This document shows positions 1 through 11,440 of a stretch of 64,000 bases of DNA, piece by piece. The stretch comes from Octopus vulgaris (taxonomy: Eukaryota), in contig OX597841.1 of NCBI GenBank assembly GCA_951406725.2, forward strand, positions 14,260,001 through 14,324,000, read 5' to 3'. The translations under genes and the position numbers were made by a program. Within the stretch, counting starts at the first letter, position 1; each line of letters starts with the position of its first letter. The notes beneath the pieces are model-generated. The model was not told where the DNA came from. It saw nothing but the letters and a program-made list of their open reading frames with translations, and did not search any database.

Positions 1-345
1 GAGAGAGAAAGAAAGAGAGACATAGATGGATAGATAGACAAATAGATAGAGAGAGAGAGAGAGAGAGATGGATAGATAGATTAATAGATAGATAGATAGA
101 TACATAGATAAACATAGATAGATAGATAGATAGATAAACATAGATAGATAGATAGATAGATAGATGGCACTTACATAGTGTACTTATCGGTTCAGATCAT
201 CTGTGAACTAAACCCTTCATATCATATATATATATATATGTGTGTGTGTATGTATATATAATTGTTAAAGGGGGCAACAGACGTTAAGGCAAGGCAAACA
301 TCTCAAGCCATATACATTATTATTATAATTGGAAAATAATTCAAA

Positions 346-401
346 GTCTTACAGCTGTTTCTGGGATATCCCAGAGTACGGGATATTCCATCATCAGAGA
401 C
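346..401 (-). ncRNA. Minimal type I hammerhead ribozyme (Penelope-like element type)
   Basis: Minus strand reads GTCT-CTGATGA-TGGAATATCCC(GTACTCT)GGGATATCCCA-GAAA-CAGCTG-TA-AGAC. Full core, 4-bp stem I, 10/11-bp stem II, palindromic stem III, GUA cleavage triplet. Confidence 0.85.
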
Positions 402-687
402 AAATAGGAAAAAAACAGGTTAAAAAATAGGAATGGTATATATTAATGAAATGATGACACAGAGGAGTAACGGAATAAGGAGATGAAGAGAGAGAAGAAA
501 AAAGAATATATATATATACATACGCTATATATATATGGCAATAATGATGATGTTGATAAGGGTATATTAATTTATATCATTTGAAAAAGGGGGGGACAAC
601 GGGGGATGAGGGTACAAGAACAATGATCATGGCGTTGGTGATGATGATGACAATATATATATATATGTGTGTGTATATATATGTATA

Positions 688-1090
688 CTCTTTTACTCTT
701 TTACTTGTTTCAGTCATTTGACTGTGGCCATGCTGGAGCACCGCCTTTTTTTAGTCGAGCAAATCGACCCCAGTTCTTATTCTTTGTAAGCCCAGTACTT
801 ATTCTATCGGTCTCTTTTGCCGAACCGCTAAGTGACAGGGACGTAAAACACACCAGCATCGGTTGTCAAGCAATGCTAGGGGGACAAACACAGACACACA
901 AACACACATATATATATATATACATATATACGACAGGCTTCTTTCAGTTTCTGTCTTCCAAATCCACTCACAAGTCATTGGCCGGCCCGGGGCTATAGCA
1001 GAAGACACTTGCCCAAGATGCCACGCAGTGGGACTGAACCCGGAACCATGTGGTTGGTTAGCAAGCTACTTACCACACAACCACTCCTGC
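688..1090 (-). mobile_element. tRNA-derived ~400-bp SINE, family A (resembles octopus OK/OR-type SINEs)
   Basis: A box TGGCTGTGTGG and B box GGTTCAGTCCC in the head, CORE-like CCTTGGGCAAGTG, internal (TA)n(TG)n, GTAAAAGA-repeat tail. At least 12 near-full copies in the window. Confidence 0.9.
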
Positions 1091-1100
1091 TATGTTTTTA

Positions 1101-1143
<43 letters not shown>

Positions 1144-1199
1144 ATATACATATACATACATACATACATACATACATACATACATACATACAGACATAC

Positions 1200-1235
<36 letters not shown>

Positions 1236-1255
1236 GTATATATATATATGTATAT

Positions 1256-1301
<46 letters not shown>

Positions 1302-1317
1302 GTATGTATAGGTATAT

Positions 1318-1355
<38 letters not shown>

Positions 1356-2144
1356 CTTTGTCGGCAGACCGGTGTCCCGTCCAGGTGGGGAACCTATCCA
1401 CCAATGAAACTGGGAAACTGACCCTTATGAGACAGGTAAGGCTCAAGAAGGAACGAACAACACACACACACACACACACACATATACATAAATACACACA
1501 CACACACATTATATACATGTTATCTACACTATATATACATGTATAATTATACACAACCAACACACTATATTTTGTTCAATACTATATGCACACTGTAATG
1601 TAGAAGAAAAATACACACACACACATATATATATAAATATATACATACCACAGAGGAGCCGTGTAGAGCAGCGTGTAGCTATACACATGTGTGCTTGTGA
1701 TTCTTTTTGTTTCCATGTGTGTGTGTGTGTGTGTGTGTACACAAGCCAAGGAAGTGAAGCAGTGGTATAGAATTATATACACTTCTCAGTATTGGCAGTT
1801 AGCTGAGAGAGAAATTGCGGAGGAGCAGCGTTGGTCAACCCGTGTGCATGTGAGGACATGTTGAAATTTAATAAGAGAGGCCAGTTGTCAACAAAACCGC
1901 CCCCATGCCCGTCCACCACGACCACCACCACAAACCCTTGTGAAGGGGTGCCAGGACTGAGGGGGGGGCTGTAATAGACATCGGGGTGGGGGTAGAGGGT
2001 GTTATTGATAGTGGTGGTGGGGCGTCAGGGCAGGCATAGTACAAAAGAGTGTGTGTCTGCTTTGTATGTATATATAAATATCTAGATATATGTGTGTGTG
2101 TAGAAAGTAATACACAGACACATATGTATGTATGTATGCATATG

Positions 2145-2181
<37 letters not shown>

Positions 2182-2259
2182 ATAAATACAGGGTTGGCCA
2201 AAAGTCACCTGACAGTACATCAGAAACCATCGAATACCATATGTATATGTGTATATATA

Positions 2260-2667
2260 GACGTAGGAGTGGCTGTGTGGTAAGTAGCTTGTTTACCAGC
2301 CACACGGTTCCGGGTTCAGTCCCACTGTGTGGCACCTTGGGCAAGTGTCTTCTGCTATAGCCTCGGGCCGACCAAAGCCTTCTGAGTGGATTTGGTAGAC
2401 AGAAACTGAAAGAAGCCTGTTGTATATATATATATGCGTGTGTGTGTTTGTGTGTCCGTGTTTGTCCCCCTAGCATTGCTTGACAACCAATGCTAGTGTG
2501 TTTATGTCCCCGTTATTTAGCGGTTCAGCAAAAGAGACCGATAGAATAAGTACTGGGCTTACAAAAGAATAAGTTCCGGGGTCGAGTTGGTCGATTAAAA
2601 AAGGCGGTGCTCCAGCATGGCCGCAGTCAAATGACTGAAACAAGTAAAAGAGTAAAAGAGTAAAGAG
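2260..2667 (+). mobile_element. SINE family A copy
   Basis: Same head, body and tail. Confidence 0.9.
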
Positions 2668-2706
2668 TATATATATACACACACACACATATATATATAT
2701 ATGTGT

Positions 2707-3073
2707 ATCATCATCATCATCATCATCGTTTAACATCCGTTTTCCATGCTAGCATGGGTTGGACGGTTTGACCAGGGTCTGGGAAGCCAGGAGGCTGCAC
2801 CAGGCTCCAGTCTGATTTGGCAGTGTTTCTACAGCTGGATGTTCTTCCTAATGCCAACCACTCCGTGAGTATGTACATATATGTATATATATATATATAT
2901 ATAAAAAGCACCCACTACACTCATGGAGTGGTTGGCGTTAGGAAGGGCATCCAGCCGTAGAAACACTGTCAGATCTGACTGGAGCCTGGTGCAGCCTTCC
3001 TGGCTTCCCAGACCCCAGTTGAACCGTCCAACCCATGCTAGCATGGAAAGCGGACGCTAAATGATGATGATGA
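2707..3073. mobile_element. Head-to-head inverted pair of a (GAT)n-tailed short retroposon, family B (probably RTE-mobilised). Other copies near 14205, 19130, 23092, 28813, 32543, 33060, 48048, 49865, 51520, 52670.
   Basis: Conserved GGTTGGCGTTAGGAAGGGCATCCAGC...CCAACCCATGCTAGCATGGAAA...(GAT)n. Confidence 0.8.
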
Positions 3074-3153
3074 TATATATATATATATTTATATATATAT
3101 GTATGTATGTATATATGTATGTATATATGTATGTGTATATATGTATATATATG

Positions 3154-3200
<47 letters not shown>

Positions 3201-3860
3201 ATATATAACGTATGTATATATGTATGTGTATCTATCTATATCTATATATATGTGTGTATGTGTGTGTGTATATATATATATACACATACACACACACACA
3301 CACTCACAAATCTCTCTATATATATCATTGTGATCACCGTGACTGACCAGGCTGTCAGATGTTGCATGCAGTGGGAGTGAACCTGGAACCTTGAGGTTTA
3401 GAAGTAAATTTCTTTCAACACAGCCACTGAATCTTTTTGCAGGCAAGTGGTACCTGGCAGGTGTTTGTAGTTCAATTAAAGGTAGTGATTTTTCTGTTTA
3501 TTTGCGTGGGCACAACAGGTAAATTGTTGATTGGAGGGAGGAGGTATATGAAAAAAAAATTAGTCCAAGAATGAGGAAGGGGTGGTAATTAACCCCCCCC
3601 CCCGGTGATTAAGTTTAATTTGATGGTCTGGATATGTGACAGGTTTATGTTTTGTCAACTCAGTGGTAGATCAGGGTTAGGTTAGTGCCGGAGCTAGGGT
3701 GAGGGTGAGGGTTTTGTGTTTTGACAGTTGATGTGGGTGTGAATGTTTGTATGTGGAAATTAAGTTTATTGGTGCATTAATTAACCCTTTCTGATACCAA
3801 TCCACATGGGACCACCACCCCTGATTCAATGACAGGTAGATAGATAGATAAATTGATATG

Positions 3861-3952
<92 letters not shown>

Positions 3953-3953
3953 C

Positions 3954-3985
<32 letters not shown>

Positions 3986-4020
3986 ATAAATTGATATTTA
4001 TATATATATTTATATATATT

Positions 4021-4512
4021 CTTTTACTCTTTTACTCTTTTACTTGTTTCAGTCATTTGACTGCAGCCATGCTGGAGCACCGCCTTTAATCGAGCAACTC
4101 GACCCCGGGACTTATTCTTTGTAAGCCCAGTACTTATTCTATCAGTCTCTTTTGCCGAACCACTAAGTGACGGGGACATAAACACACCAGCATTGGTCGT
4201 CAAGCAATGCTAGGGGGACACACAGACACACAAACACACACGCACACACAAACACACACGCACACACAAACACACACGCACACACAAACACACACACACA
4301 CACAAACACACACGCACATATATATATATATATATATATACATATATACGATGGGCTTCTTTCAGTTTCCGTCTACCAAATCTACTCACAAGGCTTTGGT
4401 CGGCCCGAGGCTATAGTAGAAGACACTTGCCCAAGGTGCCACGCAGTGGGACTGAACCCGGAACCCTGTGGTTGGTAAACAAGCTACTTACCACACAGCC
4501 ACTCCAGCGCCA
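4021..4512 (-). mobile_element. SINE family A copy
   Basis: Same consensus with an expanded internal microsatellite. Confidence 0.9.
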
Positions 4513-6235
4513 TCTATAGATAGATAGATCCATGCATGTGTCTATAGTGTATGCTGATATATGGAACAAGACTGACTTGTATCTAAACAGCAGCTACTGT
4601 GTGATAAAGGATGCACTAAATAATATGCTCCAAGATACACTATGTCTAAATAATCAATCAGACGGTCATGGCTGGAACAACTTTGATCATAAGTCTGCTG
4701 GATCAGGGCTTGACCAAGGGCTATAAAAAAAACAATAAACTAATGGTTAAAGATCCTTAGATGCCAGGGAATTCATGCTCTACAGTTGAACGACTATAAA
4801 TATTTGTACTTTGAGGTCCCTGATTATCAGGAATTTACAAGGATTAAGATGGATTAACCGGGATCAAAGGCTGGCTTATTGCTGATTTCTGTAACACCTG
4901 AAAGAGTTAAATCTTTAACCCTTTGTTCTGTCAAAGGATAAAAGGGGGTTAGCAAAAGTCTGACTGACAGTCAACCAGGGAGATAGTTGTGCTAGAAATA
5001 ACAGCCAAATCTCCCTCAATACCCGACTGTCTTATGTAATAAAGGTGATTTCTATATGGTAGCTGAACTTGTTAGAAATAGCAGCCAAATCTCCCTCGCC
5101 AATGAGGGAGACCTCCACATGGCAGCTAGACCTGGTAGAAATAGCAGCCAAGTCTCCCTCAAATCACACCCTACTGTCTTATCTATGTATATATGTATGT
5201 ATGAGCCAATGAGGGAGACCTCTACATGGCAGCTAGACCTGGTAGAAATAGCAGCCAAATCTTCCTCAGATCACACCTTACTCTCTTGATAAAGAACACA
5301 TGAGATTATGTTGTCCTAGGTAAACAATGCCCACAATGTGTGAAAGAAGGACAGGGTGGCCATGGCTGGGGACAATTTTGATCACAGAGTTGCTCAGCCA
5401 GGATTGACCCGGGGCTAAATAACAACTCCCAAAGCAGCCCCGTATTCCGACGAACTGAATGACACTGGAGAGGATTAACCTTGAAGAGTTTCTGTGGGGG
5501 TCAAAATATGTTTAAATAGGGATTAAGGGATTGGTCCTGAGGAGATAACCCTTATGTGGTCGTTTGGTCTGCTAAAAACAGCAGTCAAATCTCCTTTTAA
5601 TTACACACTCTCATGTCATACATAAAGGATATTAAAACCATGTTATCTTTTTCACAAAACATAAGTCTATCTTGGACTACATAATCAAATGTATCCCTGG
5701 ATGCTGTTACTGTGTAGCCCTGGGTCAATCCTGATCCAGTAGGCATATGATCAGAGATGTTCCAGCTGTGACCATCCCATATTTTATTCGGACATAGTGT
5801 ATCTAGGACTACATTATATAATATTCCACCTTGTTGTTTAGCCCCAGGTCAGTCCTGATCCAGTAGACCTATGTTCAAAGATGTTCCAGCTGTGACCATT
5901 CCATTTTTTACTCTGGCATTGTGTACCTAGGACTACATTATCTAATGTGTCCTTCTTGTTGTTTAGCCCCAGGTCAGTCTTGATCAGAGACGTTCCAGCT
6001 GTGACCATCCCATCTTTTATTGAGGCATAGTGTATCTAGGACTACATTATGTAATGTGTCCTTCCTTGGTTGCTTCAACATCAGCCTCGCCATCACCCGC
6101 GGCAACGCTGCAAGCATGCTGCCGTACCTCATAAGTCATTAGTGAGGTTTTCCATCACCCCAAAATTTTCAACCCAAGGGGGTGAATGGTTTTAATTTTT
6201 CCCCTTCCCCCCTTTCTTCTCCCTCTTATGTATAT

Positions 6236-6650
6236 TCTTTTATTCTTTTACTTGTTTCAGTCATTTGACTGCTGCCATGCTGGAGCACCGCCTTTAGTCG
6301 AGCAGATCGACCCCGGGACTTATTCTTTGTAAGCCCAGTACTTATTTTATCGGTCTCTTTTGCCGAACTGCTAAGTGACGGGGGTGTAAACACACCAGCA
6401 TCGGTTGTCAAGCAATGCTAGGGGGACAAACACACATACACAAACATATACACACACATGCATATATATATATATATACATATATACGACGGGCTTCTTT
6501 CAGTTTCCGTCTACCAAATCCACTCACAAGGCATTAGTCGGTCCAGGGCTATAGAAGAAGACACTTGCCCAAGACGCCACGCAGTGGGACTGAACCCGGA
6601 ACCATGTGGTTGGTAAACAAGCTACTTACCACACAGCCGCTCCTGCGCCT
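6236..6650 (-). mobile_element. SINE family A copy
   Basis: Same consensus. Confidence 0.9.
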
Positions 6651-6852
6651 ATATTTAAGTGTAATATAATAATAGTAATGAAATCTGAATCTACACCATT
6701 TGAAATGTATTTTCACACAATTTCATTAAAAGATATCCATTTTCTGGAAGTTATGAGGAAACAAAGTCGACGATGGGAGGGGGGGACACAATTGCATACC
6801 CCTTTGTGGTTGATATTATTTTTTAACCCCAGGTCAACCGTTCTCCAGCAGA

Positions 6853-7525
6853 CCTAAGTAGGAGAGAAAGCGTTCCACCCGTGGCCATTCCTTCTTTTTG
6901 TCCCAGATAAGTTTGATCTCGTAGGTCTACGACCAATAAACATAAATTAGCATACATTTGCATATATTTACGAAAATACATGCTTGCATTTACAAATGTG
7001 GTCTTTCCACCGCTAAAAAGGATTATCGCCCTTAGGTAGGATAGAAGGCGTTCCACCCGTGACTATTCCTTCTTTTAGCCCCAGGTAAGTTTGATCCCGC
7101 AGGTCCTACGACCAATAAGCATATATTAGCATACATTTGCATATATTTACGAAAATACATGCTTGCATTTACAAATGTAGTTTTTCCACCACTAAAAAGG
7201 ATTATCGCCCTTATGTAGGATAGAAGGCGTTCCACCCGTGACTATTCCTTCTTTTAGCCCCAGGTAAGTTTGATCCCGCAGGTCCTACGACCAATAAGCA
7301 TATATTAGCATACATTTGCATATATTTACGAAAATACATGCTCGCCGCTAAAAAGGATTATCGCCCTTAGGTAGGATAGAAGGCGTTCCACCCGTGACTA
7401 TTCCTTCTTTTAGTCTCAGGTAAGTTTGATCCCGCAGGTCCTACGATCAATAAGCATATATTAGCATATATTTGCATATATTTACGAAAATACATGTTCA
7501 CCGCTAAAAAGGATTATCGCCCTTG
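6853..7525. repeat. Tandem repeat of four units (periods 178, 179, 156 bp) just upstream of CWC27
   Basis: GCGTTCCACCCGTG at 6870, 7048, 7227, 7383. Confidence 0.9.
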
Positions 7526-7834
7526 GTTTCTGTGTTGATAGTAAACCAAACCAGGCAAAAGTAAGCGATATCATAGCAGTATATATCTATCACAACCATG
7601 AAATATTAACGATATCGTTTATTTCCACCGACCAAATACAACAGTTATCTTGCAATCACAATATTTTTGTTTATAAAAGTTTATTAATTGCTATAATATC
7701 TTGCAAATTTCTATATTGTGTTTCTAGAATATAATATCCGGCCCGGACCTTTGTTGGTGCATTAGTAACTACTGACAGGCCAGGGTTGTTCGCAACAGAA
7801 CTGTTTTCTGTCCGTCGGCTTTTTGTCCCCTTCG

Positions 7835-7876
7835 ATGAGTAACATTTACATCCAAGAACCTCCCACAAACGGGAAG
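7835..7876 (+). CDS. CWC27: CWC27 coding exon 1 ([14 protein letters not shown])
   Basis: ATG at 7835, donor AAG|gtgagt. Too short to appear in the ORF track. Confidence 0.93.
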
Positions 7877-10265
7877 GTGAGTAGCCAAAGACCTTCCTTT
7901 TTACGTCCCTACCTCGTTTAATTGTTTTATTCCGAAATCGTTTTACAAATCCCTGGTTTTTCCCTCCAGACGAGAGACTCGAACCAGAGAACAGGGACGG
8001 GTTCGTCTTTAATGATGGGTTTTAATGTAGACGAAGCGGTTGTGGGTTTTGCGGGAGGGAGGAGGTCAGTCGATGCGATAGACCTCGTGATTTAGACCTG
8101 TACTTTGTTTTATAGACCCCTGGAGGAACGAAAGGGAAAGCGGGCCTCGGCGGGATTTGAACTCAGAACTTAACGAGTTGGAATAATTAATTCTTTAGGC
8201 ACAAAGCTTGAGATCCTGAAGGGTCAGTGTGAGTCGATATCATAGACCCTAGTTCTTTGACTCGTTCTTCATTTAACCGACCCCAGAAAGGGATGAAAAG
8301 CAAAGCTGGCTTCCGTGCGATTTGAACTCAAAACACAAAGAAGCAGGAAAATTGATTTCTGTTTTAGGCACAAGGAAAGGGGTTCGTCAATACCATCTAG
8401 TCCAATATTTGTCTGATGTTTTATTTTTATCGACCTCTGGGGACATGAAAGACGATGTTGGCCCCAACGGGATTTGAACTCGGAATGTAAAGAGCCAGAA
8501 CAAACAATGCCTTCTGTTTTAGAAACAAACAACCGCAGTTTTGAGGAAAGAAAGGGACAAGTCAATACCATCGATCCTGGTATTTGACTGGTACTTTATT
8601 TTATCGACCCCACGGAGGGAAGAAAGGCAAAGCTGGTATCCGTAGGATTTGATCTCAGAACGTATAATGTTGGAACAAATAATTGCTTAAGCACGAGGTT
8701 AGCGATTTTGAAGGGACGGGGGAAAGTCAGTTCCATCGCCCCCGAGTATTTCAATTTGTACTTTATTTATCGACCCCCCTCAGATGGAGGAAAGGCAAAG
8801 TTGACATCGACGCAATTTGAGCGTAAAAACCAGGAGAAACAATGGGTTTTGCTGTTTATTTCTGGGCTGTGGAGTCGAAACAAAAAAGTATTTGACTCCG
8901 ACCCCTCTACTATTGGCACCCTTGACTCCGATTCTAACCCCTCTTTCTGTAATTAAGCGATTGTAGTCTACATACCTCATAGAGCACATGCATACGCTTG
9001 TACTCCGAGTAGGCCTATATCTTATAACTTTGGCATTGTTGTCGCATTTTTTTTAACATAAACATGCTCACACAAGACATGCATTAAACTCCTCACTTGT
9101 ATTATTATTGTACCGAGAGTTTAACTACGGTCCTCCCATAGCACTTACATAGCCTTACCTACCATCTAGGTTCTTCTGGGTACCAATACCTTTCATATAT
9201 ATATGTATATATATATATATATATTTAAGTAGGTGAATGAATTATCCTATGCTTATCATCAGCATGGAAAATTCATTTAACCGAAACCTGGGTAGCAAAT
9301 TCACGTCAGAAACACAGTTGAAGCGACCTGTCCAAGGGTAGAAACTCCAGGTTCATGTGCATAAATTTGTGTGTTGTATATGAATAAATGAAAGAATGGA
9401 GTCGAACGAAGATGTTAACAAAATTCCTTTTACTCTCGACACATGTTTCGAAGACGGTATACTTTTATTCCGAAGGAATAAAGGGTGCATTATGCAATCT
9501 TCTCATCAGGAAAGATAAGGAACCTCTCTCAACCTCAAGACGAACAAAATATATATATATAATACAAATAAGAAAATGGAGAAACAAATTTGGTTTGTTC
9601 ATCAACTTTCAGATATTATAATGTTGGATTATTTATTCATTTAACAAAATGAGAACATCAATAGCAAACATATATATCTTATAATTCAAGACATATAAGA
9701 ATACAAATTATAAAAGTCATAATATACATTAATAATATATATATATATATTATTTATATATATTCTGTTGTGTCTGGGGAGAGTCATTTTTTTTTTTTTG
9801 TGCCTTATAATTTAACACACCAGACTTCGGTAACTCTTTTGGCAGGATTTTTACAGCTAGATGCCCTTCCTAACACCAACCTCTCAGCAGAGTGACTTAG
9901 GGCTTTTTATGTGGCACAAGCACAGGTGGGGTCAGTTTTGGCAAGGTTTTCACAGCTGGATGGAGGAAACGGGTAAAGGAGAGAGTTGATACCTTTGAAA
10001 GAGCACGTATTCTCCATGAAGAAGTGAACCATGCTGTTCGATAATACCCTGCTAGTGTAATGAATGGGGAAAGCTTGGTCTGCAATGTTTGCAGTCGTGG
10101 GTGTTTGTCAAAAGCAGGGCTCATTAGTCATCAATGGAGCAGCGAGTGTAAAGTATAAGGTAGTCTGGAGCACACAATGTTCCTAAAGGTCAGTAATGGT
10201 TTTCCTTGGTCACCAGTGGATGGCTATCATGTATATGTTTGTGTATGTATGTTTGTGTATGTATG

Positions 10266-10330
<65 letters not shown>

Positions 10331-11409
10331 GTATGTATATATACATACATATATACATACATATATATATATATATGAATGAGATGAAGAAGGGAATGGA
10401 GAAATTGACATGCAGACATCAGTTTATTTAAAGATAGTCAAATCCAGCTCATTCATAAATATTTTAAATATTTATACATATATATATACATCTCTCTCTC
10501 TCTTTCGGAGAGGCAGTGAGCACCTACACGCACACATACACACACGGCAGTAACTTCCACCTACCGAATTCAATCACAAAGCTCCGGTCGGCTCGGGTCT
10601 ATAGTGGAAGACACCTACCCAAAGTGCCACGCAGTGGGACTGAACCCGGAACAATGTGGCTGGTAAGCAAGCTACCTTATTTCATTGAATTGGCCATACA
10701 GGCCTTGCATAGAAACAGCTGTGGGCTGGACAAAACACAAGATGAATGAAGGACAAAGAAAATAATGAAATTGGTGAGGGAAGACAAGCGCCACCCACCG
10801 ATCGCTGCTGCCTGGAAACATTGTCCTTCTTTTCTTTTCTAACAAACTGAGGTTATAAACCTCATATTTTAATTCAATTTGACCCAAGGTCCTCACAAAT
10901 GAGGCAATAAGCTTCTTACCCTCTCTCTCTTTCGGAGAGGCACTGAGCAGCTATACACACACATGCACACACGGCAGTAACTTCCGCCTACCGAATTCAA
11001 TCACAAAGCTTCGGTCGGCTCGGGGCTATAGTGGAAGACACCAACCCAAAGTGCCATGCAGTGGGACTGAACCCGGAACCATGTAGCTAGGAAGCAAGCT
11101 CTCTAACCACACAGCCATGTCCGCGCCATATAGTTAATCCAAACATGGAAACACAAAGAGAAAACACAACAACGCGAGGACGTGGAACAAGTATAGTGTT
11201 ATTGGATCCTCAGGAAAGGAAAGAAAGAAGGATTTAACGTTTTGAGCGGAGCCCTTCGTCAGAAACATAGGAAAAGGAAAGATCCAAGGAAGGGAAGATG
11301 GAGGAAAAACATTGCCAACGATACACATGCATTTATATATATATGCACATATATATCTGTGTGTGCGTGTATACGTATATATGTATGTGTGTGTGTATAT
11401 TCATATAAA

Positions 11410-11440
<31 letters not shown>

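Noticed and set aside
1868-2476. Recurrent ORFs such as [30 protein letters not shown] and [10 protein letters not shown]
   Set aside because: Incidental translations of SINE families A and B, not a gene family.
6075-6125. ISLAITRGNAASML, resembling the end of a CRE-type retrotransposon ORF
   Set aside because: Only 14 codons, with no supporting flanks.
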